Assembly: GCA_010093815.1 (NCBI GenBank)
Contig: ML996568.1
DNA: 64,000 nt
Direction: 5' to 3' (one strand)
DNA from: Pseudovirgaria hyperparasitica
Taxonomy: Eukaryota
Program-made: the position numbers and the translations under genes
Shown: positions 49,167-63,049 of the stretch, one piece after another
Layout of the letters: each line of letters begins with the position of its first letter
Position numbering within the stretch: position 1 is the stretch's first letter
Notes under the pieces: model-generated
The model's database searches: none
What the model saw: only the letters and a program-made list of their open reading frames with translations
What the model was told of the DNA's origin: nothing

Positions 49167-50715
49167 ATGCCAGCTGACGACATCAATCCGTGGAAAGACC
49201 AAGCTGAGGACCGCGGCGCCGATGAGACAAAGGCAACGCTGAACGAACAGCTCGACCACAATGAGAAGTCCCAGAATGAAGACATGACATCACAAGGAGC
49301 CATGGCAGCAGGTGCACGGGAGGGTTCGGTGCATTCAGATCAGAGCGGTAGTGATAATTCTCTGGTGAAAGACAGGAATGCCTCGCCAATGACAAAGAAG
49401 GAAAAGATAATGGCACATTTCAAGCGATTCTGGATATGGTATGCTGTCGGCATTTTCATACTCCTTGCAATATTGCTCCCCATCACGTAAGTGTTATCCT
49501 AAAATCAACTGAAAGTTATCCTTACGATATCTACCCAGATTCACGATCATCGTTCCACGAATCGTACAGAACGTGATTGACGGTAATGATTTACCAATCT
49601 ACAGCGGCAGCTTGAGTGCCTCCACCCCAACTAGCTTAAAGATGGTAAACATCAACCTAAGTATTGCCTACTGTACAGGAAGCTAATAGCTTATATTCAA
49701 GGAAATCAACACAGCATTCCATGTGCCCCTAGGCGTGAAGATCGACCCGTTAAACCTGCAACTTTACAACATCGAAACACCAGGTTACTCGCCATTCCTC
49801 AACCTCTCTATACCAACCTTGCACATCAAACGGCCTCGGACCAACTTTACGATTCCAATGCAAGACATAGAATTGGACGACGTGAGTGAGCTAACCAATT
49901 GGTTCGGCCAATTCTTCCTGCAAGAGCAAACGAATCTCGGAGTACGTGCTGTTCCCGATGTCAGTGTACACCTGGGAGCACTACACAGTACCAACAAACT
50001 CGATAAAACCCTTTCCATTCCAACGCTACAGAATCTGAAAGGGGCGAATATTGAGAAACTCAATATCCTTGTACCACCGGATTCGAACGGATACAATATC
50101 AATGGTAATCTTTCTCTGCCAAACTACTCCCCCCTGAGTCTTGGCCTTGGAGACCTTACACTGAACCTTATGTCTAAAGACTTGAAGCTGGGATTAGTGC
50201 ACCTCGACAATCTCGTACTAGCACCAGGTAACAACACAGTTCCATTCTATGGCAACCTATACCTCAACCAGTTTTCCCAGAATCTGGGTGCACTGCTGGA
50301 TGGGCAGAAGGAGGCTCTGAATGGGGGTTACATCGAGATCAATGCGACTGGCAATACAGCTATGGTGAACGGCCAGACAATTCCCTATCTCCAAGACATG
50401 CTCGCCACCAAGACACTTGTTTTTCACATAAGCGTCATTACTTTCCTATCAGATGTCATCAATGGTATACTCGGCGGTGACAGGGGCTCAATCGTCGATG
50501 TGCTATCAGAAGTCCTCGGCAACCAAACACTTATCGAGAATACATTGAACAACTTCAATGTCAGCAACCACATCCAAGGCAATGCGACAGCTAGAGGGTT
50601 GGCGAAGAGAAAGATTGACATCCGCGCGGTCATGGCTAAGAATATTCTTAGGTGGGGAATGAGGAAACCAAGCTGGCAGGGCTTCCAAGAAAGGTCTGTG
50701 AATCAACTCGACTGA
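49167..50715 (+). CDS. Type II single-pass membrane protein, DUF3712-like (LEA-2-like beta-rich ectodomain); exons 49167-49486, 49539-49644, 49702-50715
   Basis: Acidic disordered N-terminus, then HFKRFWIWYAVGIFILLAILLPITFTIIVPRIVQ (TM anchor). Beta-rich luminal part with LPNYSPLSLGLGDLTLNL...LDNLVLAPGNNTVPFYG...GNTAMVNGQTIPYL, the pattern I recognise as DUF3712. Many N-x-S/T sequons and two GT-AG introns. Confidence 0.85.
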
Positions 50716-53673
50716 ATATTCATTCGACTTCGGGCGTTCATTGTTGCATTGTCAAACGGAGTTTAGGCTGGCTCTATGCATCACGTATAATGCATAATGC
50801 AGTCATGTTCATGAGAAATCACCAACACCGCACATACATCGCAAGACACTGCAAATGAATGTAGAAATAGATACTGCCCTGAATATCACGTAGCTAACAG
50901 AAGGTTTAGTCGAGCCCAGCTAGACCACCACTACTGCACTACTAACGCCCCAACAGCGCCCGCTCCCGTATGGCTAAAGGATGTCAGATTAAGCTCCCAA
51001 CTCTCGCTGCAGCTATTGACCGAGTATGAACAAGCCAACGACGTCATCTATCGCTTCTCAATCTAATCGAGCAGGTTCTAACGCAAAGGCTTGCCTCGCG
51101 TGACCATACCATGTCTACGCGTTGTGGAGGAGTCCAGCCAAAGTGCAATCGTCCTGGATCCGACGGTCACACACGGGCCGGGGATCGCGACAGTGACCGA
51201 ATCCGGTATCAAGTCTGAGGTGTGCGCCGAGCGTGATATATCTTTCCCGCGCATAGTAGGGAATCTTGTATGAGTGCCACCAACCCGGTATTGATAATAT
51301 GCAAGATCCAAGATGTGATGCGGAGAAGATCTTGGCCATAACGAGGCACTCCAGCCTTCTCCAGATTCTGCTCTGCATACGAGTCCTTAGTAGCTTCCCC
51401 TACCGCTGCGCCCCGCGTTCTGAGCCTGTACACGTTCGAGTCAGTTCACTAATTACCAAGTTCTTCGGCACTGTGGCCGCAGAATCCAGGATGCTCCCAT
51501 ATATTATTACCTAGGGACCTGTCGATCCTTGCCTCATCTCGGCGCTGCGAGATATCACAAGTAAACAACTCTCGCTCCATCCATCCTTCAAAGCCAACCT
51601 CGCCAGAAGAAAACAAACCCTTAATTGCCTGGCAGACTCTGCGCGCTGAAGTCTCCATGGCGAGGACAACACGACTAGCGCTCTTTCGCATTCGTATAGT
51701 AATTATTTGGTATCTTAGCTTCATCGCCGATTTCGTGCCGTGCGCGCGAGGCGTGCTTTAGCAAAAGGTGCACTAGTTCATTAGCTCTTTAGTGCCATTG
51801 CGCTACGTATGTTTGGGGGATGTGGCTTGTGAGGTCAGTAATGGCTTTGACTCATGTTTTGTTGATGATTGCGATGCTGTGCGAAGGGATGTACCAGATG
51901 GACATGCAGGCAGGTTTCGCTGCTTCATAGCTTAGCATATGGAGGAGATTGACCGATGCTATCGTACTACTATTATGTGGACTCCTAGTAAGCTGTGATT
52001 GGGCGCGTTAATGGCTTTACGAAGAGAACTTTGAAGGTATGAGTCCCTCATATACAACAGTCAGACAGTCACCCTATCTGCCATCTGATCTTGAGACCTT
52101 CTGGTGTCACATGAGACGAGCTAATAAGATGGACTGACTGTCGAGAGAACAAGAGCCTTTTCAGTATAGAAAGTCTGGGTGTGGTCACGTGACCGCGTAC
52201 GACACTACATCCCGAGTCACATGACCTTCCCCGATCTTGCCTTAGTTGGGAGACTTCTTCGTTGTCTTCATCAGCCTTTTCCATTCAATGATTCTCACTA
52301 ATTTATGCTCATCTCTGACATGAAGTACTTGCCGCATTCGTACGTCAGTGTGCCACTAATCGCTTCAGTAGGAAAGCAGGCCTTAATTCACGTTGCTCAT
52401 CTCTCCGGTGGTCTTAGTAATAAGCCTAGCTCTCAAAGTACTATATCATTCCAACTAGTCGGCAACTCAAACTGAACTTATAGATACCCAGCATTCCACA
52501 CCGCGTAGGATTCATTGGTGTCGGTCTTTCGTGGATACTTCTTCACGGGCTCGTCGGTATGCGATCATGGATCAAGGCATTGATTCCACTCGCAATCGTG
52601 TTATACTTCAGTCATCACGGTCATAGATGTGTTTGTTTGACTGAATATATCGTCGTCGCTGACTTACCTGCGCAGTACTTGTGCGCGAAATTTAGGAAGT
52701 ATCCCTAAACACTAAGCGTCACTTGTACTGTTCACATTCTTCATATTTCGGTGCGAAGTATGGCCGGGGTGACGTCCGTACTAGCTAAAGGATTCTTCTA
52801 TGTCGTGTTTGTCTTCACTACCTCCAATGAGCTACTTTGTTTGTCGACTGCATGAGGGTCCTGAAAAGTCAAGGGATCCATTAATATGCCCTAGTTATGG
52901 AAGATATGCCGAAAGTGATGCTTTCACCGCGAAGATAAATTTCGAGCGTCTTGCTTGACCCAACAGTGTTGTCTTCAGAACGGTTTGGTTCTCTTCGAAG
53001 TAAGGGATGGTTTGGGATGTCTCTGCGCCGCGTTGGGATCTAAGTGCCCGACGTTCCACCACTAGGAATAACTACAGTAAGACTGTTCAATGTTTAATAT
53101 AGGCAGTACTGCTAAAAGCTTCAAGGCGATTAGCTTTAGTCATCGCAACTATGTCGGCTTGCGTGTTGCCTGGCGAACGAAAGAAGCGATCCCCCATTGT
53201 GATGATACCATCATTTGCACATAAGCTGGTCATAATGTTGCTTGAACGCAGTTACTCTCTGATGGACGTGTGAAGGCCCTCCATTTCGTCATACAGCAGC
53301 ATCAAGTCGTTGAAGATTTGTCCCCTGGCATGAAAACGGATGAACTACTTCTTAAAATGTATCGTTCATAAGTTGAGCATCCCGGTCTTGAGACGACTCG
53401 CCTACCCTTGTCGACTTGTTGAATCTGCCACACGGATCACGGAATATAGGCAACGGTGGAGTGACTTGTCCCGGACTCTAATGTAGCACCGGAAGCAAGG
53501 GATGACCTTTCCGCTCCCGTGTCTGAGCACCGGGCGAACCACATGGGATCCATGCGCACTCAGATACATTAGAATGCGACACTCGAGCCTTTCATAATAC
53601 TTAAAGTCCTGTTGACTTGTTTCCTCAAGACCAATACACCACCATTGACCAATTCATCGCCATACCTATCACC

Positions 53674-54546
53674 ATGAAGCTCTTTCTAACTCTACCCCTT
53701 ATTTTGTCCTGCATCTTCTTCGAGACAGCAAAGGCTTTCAAGCACAAGCCTGCAGTTGTCCTAGTCCATGGTGCTTGGGTAGCGCCTTCCTTTTGGAACC
53801 TCACTGCTGAGAGGCTGCGTGCTGATGGCTATAATGACATTGTAATTACCGACTTCGTTAGCGGCAAGATCACAAATCCCCCGACAAGTACCCACCGTGA
53901 CGATGTTGCACTCGTGCAGGAAGCACTGAAGCCTCTCGTGCGCGCCGGAAAGGAGATCATTGTTGTGATGCACTCTTATGGGGGTCTCGTAGGCAGCGAC
54001 GCAATCGAGGGCTTTGTCAAGAAAGCCAGCTACGGATCAGTCGGGGGCGTTATAGCAGGAGTCTACAGCACGGCTTTCATCGTTGAACCAGGCAAGGCAC
54101 TATCCGACTACTTTGGTGGTAGCACACCAGCATTCATCGTGCCTGACGTAAATATTTGCCATTGCTCACCTGTATAGAATCACTTTGCTGACTATTGCCA
54201 GCCTCAAAATCCCGCCTACGTCAACGTCGACAACCCACTCGATATTCTCTTCAACGACTTCACCGATGCCCAGGCTGCAAAGTATCTTCCTGATGTCCGC
54301 CCGGCTGCTGCTGCTACTTTTGGATCCAAGGCACAGTATGCCCCTTGGAAAGACATACCTTGTTCCTACATTGCTACTGCCCTCGATAAGGCTATTCCAC
54401 CAGCTCTTCAAAAGTCCATGTACGACGCAGTTCAGGGACAGAGTCTTCGAAAATGGCCGTTCTATGAGGTTGGGGGCGGTCATGCTTCGGCGATCAGCAA
54501 GGCTGCCAACGTCGCGAAGCTGATCGAGCTTGCCGACTCGAAGTGA
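53674..54546 (+). CDS. Secreted alpha/beta hydrolase (Abhydrolase_6 / methylesterase-like); exons 53674-54147, 54202-54546
   Basis: Signal peptide, VLVHGAW oxyanion motif, HSYGG nucleophile elbow, LDKAIP (Asp) and GGHAS (His). Intron GTAAAT...GCTGAC...CAG; ends ELADSK*. Confidence 0.9.
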
Positions 54547-56596
54547 CTGATGACGGAAAGTAAGGCGGCAAGGATCTGGCTTGAACTACCCTTGATTCGA
54601 CAAAGCATATGAACGCGCTATGGCAATTGGAGTACCACTTATATGTCATTGCACATTTGATAGTTGAGCTAAAACTGGCGGTACCTACTTCTCCCTTTCG
54701 ATATATGTCAAGTTTCGTCACATATCGAACAAACAATCTAATCATTCTCGCTTCTGGTTACTTCTATGCATCAATTGCGACCAGGTTCCTCAGCAAATAA
54801 GAAATTTCGCTGGATCTCTTTCCGCGGCATCTCTGACCTTTTCACGAGCCTAATTCAGAAAAGATCTACTACCATAACATAACTCTTCCTTGTATCGAAG
54901 GTGGGCAGAGACACGGCTCTTCTTATTGTTTGTGCCCACAAAAAAATGAAACACTCGCGAGGTGAGTATTATACCTTGAAACCAGGCATATCTCGAGTCC
55001 ACTGATGATTAGTCTACAATGCCTACTTGCGTTCGTGAGTAGCATAATGTAGATCGATTTCTAGTTCTATTCCACATACTGACATTCCAACGAGTACCAA
55101 CGCCACAAATCAAGCTATAGTTATGGGACTAGGTCCGAGGCCAGCAAAATCATCTCTCTACAGTAATATCAGAATTTGCTTTTGCGCAAGTTTGTTTCCT
55201 GTGCCTCATAGACACAAGGCCTCCTAGCAGCAAGTAAAGCCCTTGTAAGAATCGCCTAGTTCCAAAACAAACAACAGGGCTACCTCTGTTCTACCCCTAG
55301 TCACCAATGCATCGCGAGCAATCGCATATGCCGATCGGGAGCGTCGAAGAGATAGTGTGGGATTGAGCTAAAATTTATGCAGTGAGGCGGCGCAAAGATG
55401 CGTGCGGCACAGCTTGTTCGGAAATCCAACCGACTGGTCGTTTATAGGCTTGATGACTGATCTGTAAGGCATAATTCTACTGGGGCTGACGCAAGGGTAG
55501 GTAGCTGTGTGCTGCTGATATGAGACTAATAACGGCTGAAGTAGATATTGTCTGGACCTCTAAGAATACTCGAACAAGACATGTGATATAATAGCATGCA
55601 CATACAGTCTAATTCCTGATTATAAATGGGCTAGAAACGGTGGAGTTCCTCTGAAACAAACAAACTCCGTCATATACTGGTATACCGAGAGCAACAATGC
55701 TAGAAGGCACCAGCTAAAAGGACGATCCACACACACTTAGTACGGCACAGCACTCTCTAATGGTCAACTATAACACAAATCATTAGTTTGCCGAGCCTGT
55801 ACTCCAATGCCGCATTCAATGTAATCTCGCTAGCTGACATGTCGTTCCAATTCTCGATATCGCTCTTCTCGCTACCCTGCGGAGTAATCTCGTCCCAGAG
55901 TGGATCTATCAGCACTCCCAGATAGCAAAAGCTCAGTAACGTACTGGATATCTACTAGCTGTAGAATCTCCGCAAAAACAGCCATTCTTGGGCCTGGACC
56001 TGTCGAACGCCTGACTTGGTGCGGACTTCGGAAATTGACTGTCGCAGCTCTTCATTGACCCGTACAAGCCATACGACCAGAAGTTTGAGATGAGAACATT
56101 TAGGTCAAGTGAGGTATGTTTGTGATGTTCTGAACGGAGTCATATGCTGCTTGCTGTGACAAGATCACACAGTTGAATCGGAGAGTATCTAAGTGCCAGC
56201 TGCGACTCGAGACTTTGGGCTTGACCCTGTCCATATGGATATAGGGGAACTATCTTTCGGACGAACCTTACTTCCTTAAGAGAGTGAACCTTAGTAGCAT
56301 ACACGATTCGACAGAGCGCAGATCACAGAAACCGTTCCTTCCGAGTACCACGTCGAGAAGTTCATTAGCTCATAACTGACCGATGAATAACATTCGGCAT
56401 GCAACTTTTAGCTGATCATTTAATGAGTTACATTTTAAGTGCGGCTTTCGACCACGATTTAAAATCTTAAAACACCATTATAGAGTTTCTGTTTGAACAA
56501 TCCATCAAATCTTTGATAGTGGTTGTTGAGCGACGACACGCGTTTGAAACTTACCCTACATAATTATCGATAAATCTTTAGATCCTAGAGTCATAG

Positions 56597-59500
56597 CTAC
56601 GCCTTCTTCCGCGCAAAGAGCTTCAGGATGCTTTTGTTCTCCTTTGCTGCCGCAATGTCCAGAGCAGTCTTACCTTCCTTATTCTCTCTTAGAGCTTCGC
56701 AGCCCTCAGCTATCAACATCTTAAAAACCGCCGTAGTCTCGAATGAGTCTTTTAGTCGCGCAACAACATGCAATGCGGAATCACCGTCGTGTGTAGTTGC
56801 CCTGATGTCTGCTCCAAGGTCGATCAAGTAGCGCAGGTTCTTTTCGCGGCTGAAAGATCCTGGCACTGGCACTTGATCCTTCTCAGAATGTGGGTAGTCA
56901 CCGGGTGGTACGGTAAGGTGCGCAAGTAGAGGGGTCTCGCCGGCGTTGTTGCGAACATCGATGTAGCCACCCATATAGATATATTTCTCGATGATGTGTT
57001 TCCGAGTCTCAATATTTTCAAGCCCAGCACGCGCGATGTAATGTAGGCATGTATTTCCACTAGGACCAACGTCGAACAGATTAGGTGAGAAGGAGGTAAG
57101 TAATTGCTCCAATGTCGTATTACCGTGAGCTCTGAGGGCGTCGAGGAAAGGTGTTAGGCCTCTTTGGTCCTTCATATGAACGAGTTCTGCAACACCGGGA
57201 GTTGTCAAGATATGTGCAGGAATCTCCTTGTCGCACTTGCTCGATTTCCTATCGGGGTTTGGATCCACAAAGTAGTGAAGAATATTGCGGCCGTCATGGT
57301 CCACCGCAAGGTAATCGATAGAGCGACTGTGTAGGTCGGACCGCATGAGCGCATCAGCAGCTGTGACATATATCGCTTGGAGCTGTTTGCGAACATCCAT
57401 ATAAAGAAAGCTGCGTCTATATTCGTGAGTCTGTGTTGATTGAAGAGCTGCCATCAAGACCGTCCGACCATGGGGATCTCGGATCGTGAGATCAAGTTCA
57501 CCCCTTTCAAGGAACGCTTCCAAACGTTCTGTGGTAGCGCGTCTGAACAGGTAGTGGATCAAAGTCTCATCTTTATTTATTGGAAGGTCAATCTTCGCAC
57601 CATGATCAAGGAGAAGCGTAATCATGTCAAAACTTTTCTGCTTGGAGCAGCCGGCGTGTGCGGATGGTATACAAGCTATAACAAGGGGGTACTCGAAGTC
57701 ACCTTCGTCGTGCCGCATATCAAGTCCGGACAACCTATCATTTGGCTTGTACGGTATGTTGGGATCCGCTCCATGATCGAGGTAGAGCTGGACCAACTGT
57801 GGACTGGCCGACTCGATCGCAGAAATGAGGACGTTCTTGTTCCCGGCCTGGCTGTTCGCTCCAGCTTCCAGGAGTATCCCAACAATGTCTCGTCCATCTC
57901 TCGCTCTGTTTAGAGGGACTAATCCAGCATTGTCCACAATATTTGGGTCTGCGCCATTGTCAAGCAGTACTTTACAACATTGTGGTGCAAAGAAACCAGG
58001 GCGACCGTAATGATCAGAGCTTGCAACGTGCAATGGTGTAGCACCGTCCTGGTCAAGGGCGTTGGGGTCCGCACCTATGACAATTAACTTTGTTCTCTGA
58101 AACTATACCGAATAGTTGATGGATGGCTCACCAAGGTCTAGGAGATATTTTAAAGCTTTAATATGCCAGAATGAGGTACCCCGAGCAAGTAAATGCAGTG
58201 CAGTGGATCCTTGGACGATATTCTCTGTTGAATGATTACCAGTCTTCTGGAATACTAAGCCATGAGTATTGACGTCTATATTACCATCGTTCCAGAGTAA
58301 TTCGATCATACTCATATTATAATTAGTGCTTTTACATGCTGTCTGAAGTAGTGGCTGCGGCAGACCATTGCGCGAGGCAGTTGACTTGAAACCACGAATA
58401 AACTCAGGATCGTCGTAAAGCATGCCGAAATGAGCGACTTTGCGAACTGCTCCCGTCATAGCTTGTGAAACAAGGTAAGTGACTGGCGTATCTTGCGACC
58501 AACAAGTCGAGTCAGTCATGTGCCAATTAATACCATGTTTCATTAGATTGTTCACGCCAGTTTCGTGTACGTCTCTAAGCCGATGCCAGATGTCTGTGCT
58601 ATTAGTATAGCCGTCGCCTTCACGTGCGGTTTCGAGCCAATCTGTTCTCTTAAAGAGATCGTGAGTTGCTTCTGACTTCTCGCCAGCGTCTCTCAGCAGT
58701 TTTCTAATTTCGCCTGCCCGGTAAATGGAACTCATTGGTTTACTATCGTGATCAATCTGTGGCAGCATATCTTGCTTCTGGGGTGCTTTTATCGCATGTT
58801 CACCGGGCAAACTTTCGACAAACACTTCAAATGCGGACTTTTGAGCTTTGTTGCGAATATGTATGTTACAACCAGAGTCGATGAGTAGCTTCACAGATTC
58901 CGGCTCATGAGACTGACAAGCGTAGTGCAGCGCAGTATTTCCCAAACAATCGACTGAATCTATGCCGGACGATGAAACTTCTTCTAGTTGTGCCAAGAGA
59001 AGAGCAACCGTATCGGCACAACCAGATTTAGCAGCGAGATGGAGTGGAGTCTCGCCTTTCGAATTTGAATAAGTCACATCAGCACCAGCATCAATAAGCT
59101 CATAAGCTTCCCTTGTCGATGATAAGATCGCGTTGTGGAGTGCCATCATACCTTCGCTATCTGGAGTGTTTGGGTCGAATTTAGGATCCAGGTCTAACAA
59201 TACGGACACAAAACTTTTTCGATATGGTATGTGGTGGTGCTGGTACCGGTTTTTCTCTTTTCTATCGGTCGATACAGTGCTGAGATGTGCTGCGGTTTGC
59301 CCCCTACTGTTGACTGATCGTGGGGATATACCGGCTTTGACGAGCTTCGAGATGAATTCAATGTCACCAGATGACCCGTTGAAATGTGGCGCAAATTCAT
59401 GGAGCAGGGTATTGCCAGAATAATCCAGAACCATAGGATCGGCTCCATACTTGAGCAAGAGATCGAATGTGTTCGTGTCAAGAGCGTCATAGCTTCGCCT

Positions 59501-62500
59501 TACAGAACAAATTTTATGCAATAGGGTCTTTCCTTGATTAGTCCTTGTCAAGACTGACGGGTGCTGTGGAAGATCAAGGTATAGCTGGACTAGATGAGGT
59601 TGGAGCTCTACCGCTGTCATTAGAACAGACTCGCCCTCAAGATCGCGGATTTCCAAATCAGCACCATGATCAATGGCGAGATCCAATTTCTGCTCGAACA
59701 ATGTTTTCCAAGATGTACCTCGCGGTGGGCCTGTGGCGGCATGGGAATGTAGGGAGGTCTTGCCACTCTTATTCTGTGCGTTGATCCAAGCACCTCGATT
59801 GGTTAGTAGAGTCAAAGCTCCCATGACTGTATTGCTATTCCGGTACATATAGTGCAGCGGACTGTTACCATCGTTGTCCTGGCTGTTGACATCTGCTCCA
59901 TGCTCTAAGAGCAGCGTCAGTGCTTCTAAATTATAGTGAGTTCGTGACAAAAAGCTGCGTCGACATCAGTTTCAGGCCGGAATAAGCCACACAAGTGAGC
60001 TTACAGATGTAGGGGTGTCTTCCCATCCGAGATTCGCGCAATATTCGGATCTAGGCCAGCTTCCAGTACCCTAGTGATGGTTTCCAGCTCATGCAGACTA
60101 TATGCACATGCCTGGTGCAGCAGAGTGTTACCGTCCTTGTCCTTAGCTAGAACATCAGCCCCAGCTTTTATGAATAGCTCGAGTGATCTCAGCATTGGGA
60201 ATCGTAGGCTGATGGTATGGAGTAGAGGAGTCCTCATGTCTCTATCCCTTGCCTCGAGATCGGCGCCGGCCGCCAGGAGTAAATCTAACATTTCTTGGAT
60301 GGTTTCATCTTGGTCACCGTACGGGCCGCATCCCGCGACATGGTGCAGTACGCTTCGAGACTCATCACGTTGTGATACTGGATAAGATGCTGACTCATCG
60401 TCACAGCCTTCCATATCGATCCCCACGTTAATGTCAGCCCTACGATCCAGGAGAACTTTTACGCACTCAGGATTCCTCGATTGAATGGCATGGATAAGGA
60501 TAGGCTTGCCACCAATAGTTCTGCCAACACCGCCATGTCTAATTTTAGACCGACAGTCAGGAGACAATTTTGCATCATCTAACAGGAATGTCATCAAAGG
60601 GGCGTGTCCCCCACTTACAGCATCACCAAGAGCTTCGTGAAGGTCCTCGCGGGTCAGATAGGGGATCATCTCTCGAACCGTGTCAATGTGACCCCGATTT
60701 GCAGCGAACTGCAGAGGATGGTAACCTATGCTTGACTTGGCATTACCACATTTCCTCCCAGGATCGCGAGTCTTGCCAGTTTTTGGACTGACACCTGCTT
60801 ATATGTTACCGTGACCCTTTATATCACACGTGATCGTGCTATGACGACCCTTACCAGCTTCAAGTAACAATCTAACTACCTGCGCATGATTTCTGGATGC
60901 TGCCTCGTGTAGTGGCTTATGGCCATTACAACAGTCCATATCTGGATCTGCGCCAGCATCGAGGAGCAGCTTAACCATTCCAGTATGACCAGCTTTTGAT
61001 GCATAGTATATCGCTGTAGCATCATAGTCATCTCGCGCATTGAGGTCAACGCCGCCACGAATCAGTCTCTGTGCCCAGTGTAATAAGTCGAACCCAGCAG
61101 CAATGTGCAAAGATGTGGTTCCTTTCCTTGCCAGAGTGCCTGTGTCTGAGAGACTCCCATACTTGTTTCGCGGTAAACTGGCATTATAGAGGTTGATCCA
61201 AGCTCTGAAGTGCGAGCTTCTGGGTACAGAAAATCTGGTAAGCTCGTCGTAGAAACTGTCGTCTGTTGAGTCCGTCAATTGGCGAGTATGATAGAACCAG
61301 TTTTTGACCGCGTAAGACATCAAGGCCACCTTCTCGTATATTCCTTCAAGCTTACGCATTGTTCGAGGTCTGCGATAGTCATACTCGTCATCCAGCTCAT
61401 CCTTCTCGTCTGCTTCACTCTGCTGGTATAGGCTGATCCCCTTGACACCATTGCATTGAAGTGTGTAAAGACAGACCAGTGCAATAGCTCTATGTGCACT
61501 TGAAGATTCCACGACTGGGAAGCTCTGCAGTCCGCGCAGTCTCCTATTCGCGTCTGTCAGGAACTCGGTAAAAGAATGATGTAGTACACCAATGGTCTCG
61601 TCTTCCATGCATTCAAGCAGAGGGCCGCAGCCTGATCGCACAAGTTCTTTCCGACGATTCCATGATGTGGAGGGAAGGCATGATTTAAGAGCTGATGCGA
61701 TTTCGATGAGACGCAAAGGTCTGGAGGAATGCGTTACCAGCTGTAAGATGAATAGTTGGACGGATACATCGATCCCAGTCCTACGAGCATGTTCGGCTAG
61801 AACGCTGTCGTACATCGCTTCGAGCCCGACCGGAATTTTGAGGATGACATTACGGAGGATTTGTTTATCCTGGTTGGATGATCTGACAAGATCGGTGATT
61901 TGCTCCAGCATGAGACGTGCATAAAGAAACAGTCCCTGACTACGTTCGCACACGGTCTCACACACCAAGTTCTGCAGTTCAAGATTGATCCCATGTGTGA
62001 CAAGCTTTCCGGCACGTTGGCGAACAAAGAGTGCTATATCACGCTTGACTAATTCTTCCTCAAGGCTGACATGAATCACTTCAGGGTCTCTCAAAGCTTG
62101 CTGCAGGTACTGTTTGGGGCGACTTGTCATCAATAGCTTGATTGTTTTTGGCTTCAGAGTCCCAAGCCGGTTGAGGCGCTCCAGAAACTTGTGATCAAGT
62201 TCCATCTCATCAAGAGCATCAACAATGCAGTAGGCTCTTGGCAGAGATTTCAGAGCCGTCTGGAGATGCCGCCAGAGTTCTTCGCTTGACACAGTCTCTA
62301 ATGCCACTTTGCTTTCGACGTGTTCCCAAAGAGACACTTGCAGGATGGCGCTAGAAGGCAGTAGCTGAGACAACCAGTCCCGGAGGAGCGAACGGCTGGT
62401 CCGATTCTTCTCTATGATATGGCGAAAGAAAAAGAATAAGACTGGAACACATTCGTCTTCGGAGAGTGATTTGACCATAGAAGCAGCGATAACGCTCTTG

Positions 62501-62784
62501 CCAGCACCAGGTACTGCCTTAATCCAGATAGAACCATGATCGGGCGATAGATGCCACAGATCGAACTGAGTTGTTTCTCGGATCCATTCTCCGGTGCCGG
62601 GAGCCTGCGAAGAAAGATGTCGCATGTATTCACTGGAACTCGCGGCGTAATCTGTGGGCTGAAGCCATGCTCGGATCTTTGTCACATCGGGTTGCTTTCT
62701 CGCGACAATTTCATTAGCGACATCATCGAGATCGACTCGCTCAAAACTATCACTGCCATCGGACAATTCAGTTTCAGATGTCAT
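56597..62784 (-). CDS. ~2006-aa NACHT NTPase + ankyrin-repeat protein (fungal NLR-like); exons 62784-60855, 60794-60005, 59954-58132, 58074-56597
   Basis: PGTGEW, Walker A AVPGAGKS, Walker B CIVDALDE, LMTSRP, SQGLFLYARL and winged-helix HHSFTEFL, followed by many ankyrin units (e.g. GETPLHLAAKSG, GNTALHYAC). Three GT-AG introns join four track ORFs in frame (total 6021 nt). Confidence 0.92.
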
Positions 62785-63049
62785 ACTTCAGATATTCTTT
62801 GATCAGATAAAGAGCGCGAATATGTAGACATGGTATTGTCCTTTGGCACCACGAAGAGTTAGTTGCCTATCACGATTAGGCAGCAGTCAGGTGGTGGGAC
62901 TCCACCGAATAGAAACTGTGACTGTGGTGAGATGTATGATCATCCATGCGATCTAGCTGTTTTCGGGTGATCCACCGACCGCTCCCAGAAATGATACCTC
63001 TGCACACGTGACCTTATGTATAAATTATCCCAGAAAACCATATAGGTCA

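Noticed and set aside
53674..62784. Alpha/beta hydrolase + NLR as a SesB-type amyloid signalling pair
   Set aside because: The hydrolase has a signal peptide and no C-terminal prion-forming motif (ends ELADSK), the NLR N-terminus has no amyloid-like motif, and the genes are convergent 2 kb apart.
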